DNA of 64,000 nt, taken from NCBI GenBank assembly GCA_964036045.1, contig OZ038378.1:145266001-145330000 (forward strand), given 5' to 3'. Positions 23,436 to 34,400 of the stretch are shown piece after piece; positions within the stretch are counted from its first letter, which is position 1, and each line of letters begins with the position of its first letter. The DNA comes from Eutreptiella sp. 'Long Island Sound 2002' (lineage: Eukaryota; Protista; Euglenida). Position numbers and translations under genes: made by a program. The notes beneath the pieces are model-generated. The model did not search any database and was not told the origin of the DNA. It was given only the letters and a program-made list of their open reading frames with translations.

Positions 23436-25061
23436 TGCCGGTGACGAGCGAGCGGCCGGAAGCGGCGCCGGCCCTGTGGACCCGCGGGCGGGGCCGTTGG
23501 CCCCGGCCGGGCCTTTAAGAAGATTGGGGGGGGGGTACAGGACGCGGTGCGCGCGCGGCGCGTGCGTTCGGGCGACGGCGCAGACACACGCGCCCGTTCG
23601 GCAGCGAAGGGCATGCGTTCCCAAAGCCGTAAGGGGGATTGCCATGGCACACACACTGCACTGTGCCCCCCTTGCAGTTGCACCCGCGTCTCCTTCGTGG
23701 CGTCCTGCAGGCACACACCCGCTCAAATGGTGATACAGTGCCTGCCACCGTCATCTCCGCCTCCGCGTGTGGGCAGTAGGTGAGCGTCGAGTAGCCAAGG
23801 AGCCAAGGAATGGCCCTTTCCCCATATTTTGTCCCAACACGGCACGCGGTGCGCGCGCGCTGCACGCGGGGTGCGCGCGCGCTGCAAGTCATCCCCCTGA
23901 GATCTTGGGAGTATACTATTAGACCTGCGAGGGCGGCGGAGTCCCGGCCATCGTCCGAGTCTCCGTCTCCGGCTCGTGGCCTAACCGCCGCCTGGCCGGG
24001 CGGGTGCGGGGGGCAGATTCGGAGGGGACGGGGCATTGAGTGGGCTGTCCGTGGGGGTGGCAGTGGGGGTGCTGCGGGCGCTGTATGATATATCCGCGTG
24101 GCGTCCCTTTTGTCGGCGCCCGCGTCTTTATAATGGGCCCGCCCCCCGCCGGGCCCCCGTCTTCGTTGTTATAAATCTCGGTTCCAGTGCCCATGTGTAT
24201 GGCCGCAGCCCCCCACCCCCACCCACCCACCCCCGCCCCCTTCCCCCCCTCCGACTGCCCCGTCTGCTACATCGAGGCCTGGGCCCACCCGACGCATCGC
24301 TATGACATCACCGGCCGGTCCCGCCGCCGTCCCATGTGACGCGCGCGCGCGCGATGCGATCCCCCCGGGCCCTGCGCCGCGCACCCAGCACCGCACCCCC
24401 CCCCCCCCCCCCGCGCCGGGAGGGCGTGCAGGTGCCGACCCCCCCCGTAGACGCAGCGCGTGTCCCCGACGCGGGCCTGTGCCGCCCGTTCGACGGTTTC
24501 TCCTTCTGCGTGTCACGCACACGCGCTGCACACGCGGCCGGGCCGCACGAGGGCCCGGCGGTTTGACTGCGATGTTGTCCGGTGCTTTCGCTGCGGGTGC
24601 TTCGCGTGGGAGACCGGGGGTGGTCCGGTGATGTGGCGCATGAGGGGGGGGGCGCACGGGCGTGGGCGATGCAGTGGTCCGGTGGCTGAGGCAGGGCCCA
24701 CGGGGGGCGGGGCCTTGCGGCCCAGGGGACGCCGATCAGCCCCTTTCTGCCCCCGCCTTCCGTCTGCCGGGAAGCGTCGGGCGCAGCGCGGGGCCTCAAA
24801 ACACGGCGGCGGCGATTTCCAAGAGTGAAACCGGGCGGACGGAATGCGAGCCAGGCCCCTCCTCCCCTGTCCTCCCGGTGTCCGTCTCTGGGGGCGCGTG
24901 GCTTTGCGGCGGGGGGCTCAGAGTTTTGCTGCGGAACGCAGCATCTCCGGGGGGGGGGGGGCGGGGGCTGACACCGCCCCCCCCCCCCCGGAACCGGATG
25001 TCATACAGTACAGGGGCGGGGGAGGGGGATTTTCGTGGCACTTTAATTTCGCGTGGCAAAT

Positions 25062-25700
25062 CACCTCGAAGAGAGGTTGTTAGATCAAGCGCAGGCGCGG
25101 GCGTCATATACCCCCCTTTTTTGGGGTCATTCGCGTAGCATACCCCAAGGCATGATATTGGATGTCCAACCCCTTGTAAAATCATTATTTTGCCCAATAA
25201 GACCATCCCCCAATGGATTTTTTGATTCTGAGGCCTCTATCCCCTAAAACTGGATATCACTTTTTGGGGGGGGGGGGGGGGGGTGGGGGGGGGGGTGTTG
25301 GGGGGGGGGTCAAAAGTTTTTGCTGAAAAGGCTCCAAGCAGTGGGGAAGCATATCGTTAACACACCACTGCTGGTCGAATGGTACCGCACCAGTCCGCAG
25401 GAATCCCCGCCGGCGGTTCGAATCCTGGTCGGCCCACTCTTGGCGGCGGCGGCGGCGGCGGCATATTCACCGGCCCGGGGTTTGAACCGCCGACCCAAAA
25501 GTCCGGAGCCCGTCGCATTACCATTCGGCCACTGTTCAACCAGGACAAAAGAGTCCCCACTGCTTGGGACCGTGTCTGCCACTGACAAAAACCCAAACTG
25601 TGTCTTTCTGTCTGACTGACTGCTGGCCTGGCTCAGGGACTGCTTGGCTGACTGTCAACCTCTCTTCGAGGTGCACTGCCGAAGGCAATAGAATTTTCGC
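25062..25700 (+). mobile_element. Second member of the Helitron2/Helentron-like family (duplicate 41511-42147)
   Basis: Perfect 18-bp IR CACCTCGAAGAGAGGTTG (25062-25079) / CAACCTCTCTTCGAGGTG (25656-25673), hairpin TGCC-GAA-GGCA (25677-25687), ATAGAATTTT. Confidence 0.65.
25372..25531. repeat. Two convergent tRNA-derived heads separated by (GGC)n
   Basis: Plus: A box TGGTCGAATGG 25372-25382, B box GGTTCGAATCC 25415-25425. Minus: A box at 25521-25531, B box at 25479-25488. Confidence 0.65.
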
Positions 25701-26594
25701 GTTTCAAATTGACCGTGGAATTTCCCACGCGAAATTCCGGGTTCTCCGCAAATTTCTCGCACACCAGCGGTACGCACTGTGGACTCTGGCGGGGGGGTGA
25801 TACCCTCAACCGGGGGGCCCGCGGAATTTCCCACAGCGAACTTTACCACCGCGAATTTGACTTGGCGCGAAATTTGCCCCCCTCCCGAAGGGGGAAGCAA
25901 TGAACTTTGACAACAGGAAATGTTGATTTGGGCTGTTTTTGGTACACAAACTTTGGGACTTTTGGTTCCAGACCCCCCCCCCCCCCCCTCATGGAGAAGG
26001 GAGGAACACGAATGTACCTCCTGGGGCCAGATAGGGTCTACCTGGTGCAGGTAGTGGCAGACCCTCGGAGTAGTCAAACAGGACAAGTCATCCGGGGGCT
26101 CCGTTGACACAACCAAAACACGTTGGGGCCCACAGAGGGTCAGAATGAGCAGTGCCGAGGGGCCAATAGGCGCCGCCAAAGGCAAACAATCAGATACCGA
26201 GGCCTTGTGCCAGACTTGGGGGGGGGGGGGGCTTTCAGATTTAATAACGTCGCAGGCGTTGCAGAGGGGTCATGTGGGTCATGTGCTGTAGGGCAGTCTT
26301 GGCCGATCAGTGCGCCGGGGGTCCTGAGGGAGCACTGGGCCAGGGCACCGGTCCCCACGATTTGGAGGGTCTGAGCGAACTTCCTCCGATGGGCCTGACC
26401 TTGGGCCCGGGGTTCAGGCAGGTCCAGGGGTACAGTGGACGGGGGGCGGGCAAACCCTCGACACCCCCCAACTGTGAGGCGTGGGTGTGAATTCCAGTTC
26501 CCGGTCACACTCCACGGGGGCGAGAGCAACACCGGCCCGGCATACGTGGGAATTGCCGCATGCCCCCCGCCGGTGGGGCCTGTACTCTGTGGAG

Positions 26595-26746
26595 CAGGGA
26601 TGCATTAGAAGTGAAGGGACCTCACAGGCGGCCGCAGAAGCAGTCGGACAGGCGGTTGGAGGAGGTTGCCAAAGCGGTTGGGGTAATTACTGTCGGTTAC
26701 AAATGCCATGGAAGCCGGGTACCTCCCCACTTCCAGTGCATCTCTG
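26595..26746. mobile_element. hAT-type MITE, shorter member of the same family (duplicate 43045-43196)
   Basis: CAGGGATGCATTAGAAG...CTTCCAGTGCATCTCTG; perfect 8-bp TSD CTGTGGAG (26587-26594, 26747-26754). Confidence 0.9.
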
Positions 26747-28472
26747 CTGTGGAGTCACTGACACAAACCCCCCGCTCCCACACAGAGGGCGGCGAGTCCG
26801 AGGGGTGGGATGGGGGGTTGAAGCGCTGAACACGCCTTCTTCTGTCCAACGGAAGTGTCCCCTCAAAAGGTTTTGATCGGGGACCTTCGGCACCCGAACC
26901 GGAAACCCACGTTTGGGGGGGGCTGGCGGGGGGGGTGGACGCGTCAATCCGGGCCCCGATACACGCGCAAGGTTCTCTTCGGTGGGGCCTCCCCAAAGAA
27001 TGGCAGGGGCACCCAGGCCCGATGGGCAGGTACTCTTGCAGGCCCATGGGAGTGCAGCCACCAGAACTGCACCCACGGACAGTTTAGTCGGCTCCATCAC
27101 AAAACAGGCCACGCCCACCAACAGGTGAGGAATGTCCACCGAAAGTCGGGGTGCAGCTGCAAATGGTTGGCAATTCCTGTCGGGCGTGAGGGCGCAGCTG
27201 CAAGCAATCTGGGACATCGCCCTTCCTGAATGATCCCCGATGACCCTCGGCAGCATTGGACGTGGCGTGTGTCCTCGTTTGGTGGCACCGCGAGTGCGTA
27301 CCCGCCTGTGGGGATCAGGCCCACCTCGTGCGGTCCCCGGTCCTGCGGTGGGAATGGTGGGGGGGCATGGGGTCTTCTGTCAAAATTCTGGTTTCCGCGC
27401 TCACACCGGGCCTAAAGTGCCAAAGTATGACAGGAAATACCTTTTCTGTCTGAGAACCTGATCTCAGCACCAAAATCTGACCAAAAATGCGATTTCTGTC
27501 GAAACGTGACCCATGTCCTGAGACATAGCCCTCTGGCTCTGCAATGGTCACAACCCCCAGAAATGGACAAAAGAATCCAATTTCTGCCAAAAAATGGGCC
27601 CAAAGTATCCAAAATCGTGCCATCGGGGGAGGGGGACCCAGTTGACGCGAAAAAGGCCACCAGAAGCAGGTTGACCCGACCTGAATCCATCCGGCGGTAT
27701 CTGTGCGAAGCATCAAAGTAGTGTGACCTGACACTGGCCGACGGTAGGAAGATATGTACCGGCACTAATTTTTTGCATGGATCCAGCGACGACTTTTGAC
27801 CTGAGCCCCATGGCACCATCTGCGATTCCCCGTTGGTGGATGATCGAGCATGCCCCAAAGCGAGGCACATGAAGAAGATGCTGAAAGAACGTCCAGGCAT
27901 CCTGTGCACAAAGGCAGGGGCTGTCACGGGGTCCCGGTGTCCGGCCAGCCAATGCAATCGATTTCAGCTCTGAGTCAGATCTATGTACCTTTTTTTTTTG
28001 CAATCCAGGACAGTGACTGTTAAGTCCTTGGTCCATGAGATACATCAAGGCAGTATGTGCCAAACTGGCAGGAACAGACACGGTAGATGGACATGGGCAG
28101 ATGCCTATTGCCCCCATTTGCCCTGGGGACTTCGGGGAAACCAACAATAAATAGCATCATTTGGGGTATCCTTGTGGATCCGTGAGCACGGAAAATCCCC
28201 TACCCCTGCCATCGTGGGTGCGTGTGGATGGGGAGACGGGGGCACGAGCTCAACACACACAACGATCCGTACTGATGGCTGACGGGCACAACCAGGGGTG
28301 GGGCACATGGAATCAGGGATTCTGGTATTTCCGTGGCAGGAAAATCACGGAAAATCACGGAAATCGGCCAACGTTGAAAATCACGGAAATCACGGAAAAT
28401 CACGGAAAATCACGGAAACGGAAATTGAAGTTCCTATTGTTTGCTATTGTTGTTCCTGGCCGCCACGGAAAA

Positions 28473-31400
28473 TCATCAAAGCTGCGGTGCACTCCCACGC
28501 CACGCAGAGCACCAACGGTCCCCAAATCAGTTGAGATCCAAGATTTGGATACCCCGCCAGGGCACACGCCCACACTCATGCCTCGACCCATCCCCCTTTC
28601 CCTCGCCTCGTCTACTAGAAGATGAACCGTCCCACGGAGCGCGGTGTTGTTGTTCCCATTGATGTTCCCATTGATGTTCCCATTGATGTTCCCGTTGATG
28701 TTCTATTGACGACCTTTGAAGACATCCTACTGCAATCCTTGTGGCGCTTGTGGTGGTACAAGTGGAGCGCCACCTCGCCCTGGGGTATACGAGAGCCAAG
28801 GAGGAAACACGCCGGATCTTCATAGAATCCGCACGCAGTCTCCAAGAATCCGCATGGCTGGTACAGCGACACGCGCTGCACCACCATGCACATCGAAGGA
28901 TCCTCCATCGACAACTGCGTGCGTCCTTGCAAGATAAGGAAAACTTGGCATACTCTGCATGGATGCGTACGCGACTACAGAGTTGGAAGTCGGTACAAAG
29001 TGCGGAATGCCGCTGTGCGCTGGATAGGGCATACGTCTCGGCGTCATACTAGCCGGCGAGGCGGCCGTGTTCCACCCGTTCCAACTCCCTGACGTGCTGT
29101 ATAGACAGGCGGAAGCGGGCGGCGGACACTTGGTGGACCAATCGTTACGGGTTAAAAAAAAGTTCATGGAATCAATCTTCAATGCCTTTTTCGTTGGCAA
29201 TGATTGTCCGCCTTAAGGCCCACACTGGGCTGCGGCGTTATGTTCAAGGTATCCAAGCTATATGCACACTAGTTTGTTGAGTGGCTGCTTGTGCTGGGTA
29301 GGGCCAGGCAAGGGAAGTAGGCTAGCCAGGACACAGGGGGCAAAAGGGACAAAGATGTGTAAGGGAGAATGCCCGCGGGCTGCTACCCTGCGAAGATGTT
29401 GATTGGGGTGCTGCAGGGGAAGAGAAGGCGTTTGGAAGCACGGGGCTACGCCGTGCTCACTCTGTGTTGGTGTTCGTCTTTCTGCACTGGAGGCTTGGTG
29501 TTTGGGTGGGGGCGAAGTGGCAAGCTAGCGCTGGCAGCCAGGGGAGGGGGGGGGGTTGTCTGACCGCAGGTAGCCAGGGTTGGAGAACGTTGAGGATATC
29601 TTGTGTGCCGTATCTTGAAAAGGGACTAGATGCAAAGCAACACATATTTACAATGTATTGCACAAGGAAACTTGTCATAGGTGAGAAGACGAGGGCCAAA
29701 CAGAGTCGTGGCGACCCCAGGTCGTTCTGCAGGTATACTCAAGGTAGGAATATAAGTTGCTCCTTCTTTGTCAACCTTGACCCCTGTCCTTGACAGGGGA
29801 AGAAGCTATGGTATGTTCTGAGGGTGTACTTAGATCCCGAGATTGACCCGTACTGTTGCAGAACTATTGCAGAACTATTGCAGCTTCGTCAAAAATAATA
29901 TTTACAATGTATTGCACAAGAGAAAGTTCTTCTACATGTACGCACAACAGTGTTCCTTCTTATATTATAGGCCTATCACCTTCGTTAGGATTAAGGAGGC
30001 AACATGTGCTCCCTAGGTATATTGTATCTCTGTCCTCTTTATCTTTTTGTACAACCATAAAGGTGCGCACTTAGGCTTAGGCCCATCAAGTTTTGGGGGG
30101 GGATGCATAAGTGAAACAAGTGTGAAACTCACCAAACGTAAGAAGGTGGAATTGAAAATGCATGTGAAAAATCAGATATGGGGGTGAATACCCAAAGAGG
30201 GTGACCCGGAGCTGTGGTAGTGTCTCTAGACGCCTACCAGGTATATGTGTGCCTGGGTATAGATCCACGTCCATGCATGCACACATGCTAAGCGGAGTGA
30301 TCGGAGGACACCAGGCCCTACTCCAAAACCTACCACTGTATATCCATGTGCTCACCTTGTGCTCCATGTGCTCCACCATACCATCTCTGTAAGCCCCCAA
30401 CCTCTTTAAGGCCCCTTTAATACCTGCTGTATCAGGGTCCACAAGGTGGCAAGGCAAAATCACCTCGAAGAGGGTTGTTAGATCAAGCGCAGGTGCGTAC
30501 GCCATACACCCCCCTTTTTGGGGGTCATTCGCGTATGATACCCCAAGGTATGGTACCGGATGTCCAACCCCTTGTAAAATCATCATTTTAGGAGAGAAAA
30601 TGATCCCCCAATGAATTTTTTGTTTTTGACCCCTTTAGCCCCCCGTACGTGTGTATTCTGGGTGCTGTGTGTGGATTTGGACCCAGGTCCGGGGCAACTT
30701 TTTTCTTGTACATGGATCCCCTAACCCATGGCGGGGGTTCCGGGTCCGAACTCCAGGTACCCCCGGCCACCCCCCCCTATGGGCCCTTGCTAGTGAGGAC
30801 TTCGCCGTTTTCACGCTGGATATGGCTGTTTAGTGACACCTGCAAGATTTCCAAAATTCGCCTTTTTCCGAAACCCTTCTGTCGCCCCTGGGATGGGTTT
30901 GGGTGATCATTTGGTGACAATACGGGTACTTGAGCACCCATGGGGACCCATGTAGTGGCCACCAAGCCCATCTAGCCCGGGCCATGGGCCCCCCAAAAGC
31001 TTCAAATTTGCTGTTTGTAGGTGGTTCCATGGCCTTTTGGTGTGTACACAAACTGCAGTTTTCCACCCTCTGCGGGGCAAAAATGGAAAATTTTGCAATG
31101 TATGGTAATCAGGGCTCTACCGGTGCTGACAGGGGACGGGCTCACTGGTGCGGAGACTTTCCTCGACGCAGGCATGCACTTGACACCGTCTTTGACCCCC
31201 GCAAAACAGTGGCGGCCGGTTACGGGGCAACCTACGTGGCGGCCAGCAATCTGCCGCAGACGGCCCAATCACTGATCAGGGGAACTGTTAGGGGAATCCT
31301 AGCGCAACGACAGGTCACCGTCAAAGTGGCAGTGACGTGGGCCGCCCACGTGGACACCTGTGCCAGGGTGCTCGCCGTGTCCGCCCAACGCACACGGTTC

Positions 31401-34400
31401 TGGTTCCACCATAGTGTCCGCGTGACGCTCTACGCGGTGCACCGTGCGCGTCAGCGTATCCTGTTGGGCACACTGTCAAGCCTGCGCCGCCTAGCCACAC
31501 GGGCCCTGCGGCACATGGACGTTTTGGAGCTGGCACTGCGCTCTGCGCTCGCCCACACAGCCACAGTTGCCCGGGCCAACATTAGTCACCAACAGCTGTC
31601 CTACCAGAAGTTCCGCACATGGGCTGCTATGGTGACCCATAAACTGGGGGACAGAGACAAGTGGCTGACCGCGGCCATGTGCGATGCCTTGCAACTCGCC
31701 CGCAGCAGCCAATAAAGGTCCATGCGAAAATGGCGGCAAGAGTCACTGGACGAGGTGCGGACCTGTATGAGCAGGTGGCTGATGGAACACCAAGCGTGGC
31801 TACAGGAAATTGCAGGGTGGTGGTACCTTGTTCGGGACAAGAAAAAGAGGCCTGCAAGTGCGGTCGACCTGTCGCCGGGTCGGCGTTTCAAGAGGTGTAG
31901 GGCGCACCACTCCGACACCCCGTACTACATCCAACTTACTGGGGACCTTGATCCGACAGACCCGTGGGAGATCCAGCTGACTGGATCTCCCAGGACCCAC
32001 CGCACGTGACCTGTGGTCCGAAAACCAGCACACTGAGAACACCACACCTGACACAATGAACTGGGCTGACACTGCCCGTGGCAGAGCACATCTGCACACC
32101 ACTGTCTGCCGACTTGTGGGATAACTTGTCCCCACAGGCGTCCTTGATGGAGGTGCATAACCTGCACGAAGCCTGTGGTTATAGTTACTGCGGCTAGACT
32201 GATGCTAGGCAACCTGCCTATGAGTGCCTCTCCTTTGTTCATAGCGAGACTTTGAACTTCGAACTTATGTGGCGCCGGAAGTAAAAAAAAAGGAAAATTT
32301 TGCAAATCATTTTTTTGATATTATGACCATCCAAAATGATCAAAAATCCTATGTAAAGCATGTTCTAGCCCCCTTTTATGTGTTTTTCACCCTATTTGGG
32401 TGTGGGGGGGGGGGGGGGGGGGCTCCCATGGGGTCTAGGGCACAACCTGCTGATGCAGTTTTCCCACCTCAGCAGCTCAAAAATGGAAAGTTTCGAAACT
32501 GATTTTTTTGATGCTTTGACCATCCAAAATGATCAAATATCCTATGTAAAGCATGTTTTAGCCCCTCTATGTGTTTTTCACACTATTTGGGCGTGGGGGG
32601 GGGGGGGGCTCCCAAGGGGTCTAGGGCACAACCTACTGATGCAGTTTTCCCCCCTCAGCAGCTCAAGAATGGTTGTCCCTCTCCCCTCTTCGAGGTGCCT
32701 TGCCGAAGGCAATAGAATTTAGGTACTCGTACGCCAAATAACCAAATCGTTGCACTTGACACACACCATGCTTGCACTGGGGTGGCGGGTTTTCAATTGG
32801 GGGGAGGAGGGGTCAATAGAGCCCCCAAAAACTGTGGGGAGGGTTTGGGAAAAGGTCTCAATTGACAGGACCATTAATTAGTAATTGTGAAGTCTGGCAC
32901 CGAAGGCGCGGACAATTTTTTTGACCATTGAAAATGGTCAATTGTTTCCCCCGCCAAATACATGGCAAATGATGACTTTTCTGAACCCCCTCGATGCGCT
33001 GATTCCAAAAATCCATTTCGATTTTTCTGCCGAATTTCGGGGCTGGGCCACCTCTGGGGGGGGGGGGGGGGTCAGTCTCAGTAGGATTTTTGGGGGGCGC
33101 GTCAATTGAGCCCTTTTGGGGGGGGGTCTAGCCAGGGGGCTCTATTGACCCCCTCCCCCCCCCAGTTGAGCCCACCCACCCCTGCACTGAGGCTTGGGGT
33201 TGTTTCCACAATGCTCTGCCATGGCACTCCAGGTCACAGGGGAAGGTGGGGAAAGAGGAGCAGTGTTGCACGAACATGACCCCCTTCTCGCAAACGTCTC
33301 CCATTCAGTGCCCCTTTCCGCATCATCGTCACGTGACGTTTTGCCACATCTGCATGTCGTTGACGGCCGGAGGTGTTGGTGTGATCTGTGACCAGTTCTG
33401 AGGTTGCCCGGCAAACCAAGCCTGACTCACGCGTTTGTCTGTTGGCAGGGGTGGCGCATGCCATTGTGTTGCCTTTGCACGTGTTCCCAGTAGACAAGCA
33501 CATTACACACGGTTTTGCAGTCGCCCCCCCTTCTCTGGACCAAGGGATCTCACACAATGTTTTGTTTTTCCCGGAAGACCCCCGAGCAGAAGCAGAAGGC
33601 CGTCGTGCTCCAGAAACTGAACAAGATCGGGGGAGTACATGCGGTTCAGCAGCTGCTCGAGGAGTACAAGACGCTGACCGGGACCAACGCTGCGGCCTCA
33701 ACCGCACCTCCAACCGCCGCCCAAGCTCTGGTGGCCCAACTGACAGCAACGGCCCCTCCCGCCGATTGCGGTGCCCCCTCCCAGAGCAATGTGGATTTCA
33801 CTGGGTGCAGCCACTCGGCGTCTGGCACCTGCACCCCAAAGTGTGTGCCAGGCTTTGTGGGCAACCCGACGGCCACGTGTGCCAGCAACGGGAAGTGGCT
33901 GTACGGGGGCGCGTGTGATGCCATGAGCACCGTAGCGCCGACTGCTGCCCCGGATTGCGGGGAGCCAAAGCAAGACAACGTTGATTTCAGCAAATGCACC
34001 GATCACACGAGCACCGGGACATGCAACCCTGAGGTGTGCCAGCTCTGGATGCAGTGGCATATGGGACATTGCCGGCTGGAGTCGTGGAGGATGTGAAGGA
34101 GGGGGTCGAGCAAGTAGTGCACGACACATTTGTCATGAAAACGGACCTTGTGCGGAAGCCATGGTGCCCGCCAAAGTGTTGGGGGGGGAGGTGCCTGCAC
34201 CGCGCGCGCACCGAGCAAAACTTGTTGTTTTCATGGTTTAATGTGCGGGGATGTGATTTGAAATTGTAATGTTTTGAGTTGTGTATATGTGGCTTGCTTG
34301 TGTGTTTCTGTGAGGGCAGTATTCGGGCGGCACGTAGCCTTTGTAAACTGCATGCCCAGCAGTCTGCAATTTTTCTTGTCGCCCTATCCGTAAAGACCCG

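Larger units (their letters stand above)
12157..28475 (+). repeat. Tandem segmental duplication, unit 1 (~16.3 kb)
   Basis: Near-identical to 28473-44924 (offset 16316 at the start); TCA microhomology at the junction 28473-28475. Confidence 0.97.

Noticed and set aside
25372-25531. Functional tRNA genes
   Set aside because: A/B boxes are present but acceptor and anticodon stems do not pair.
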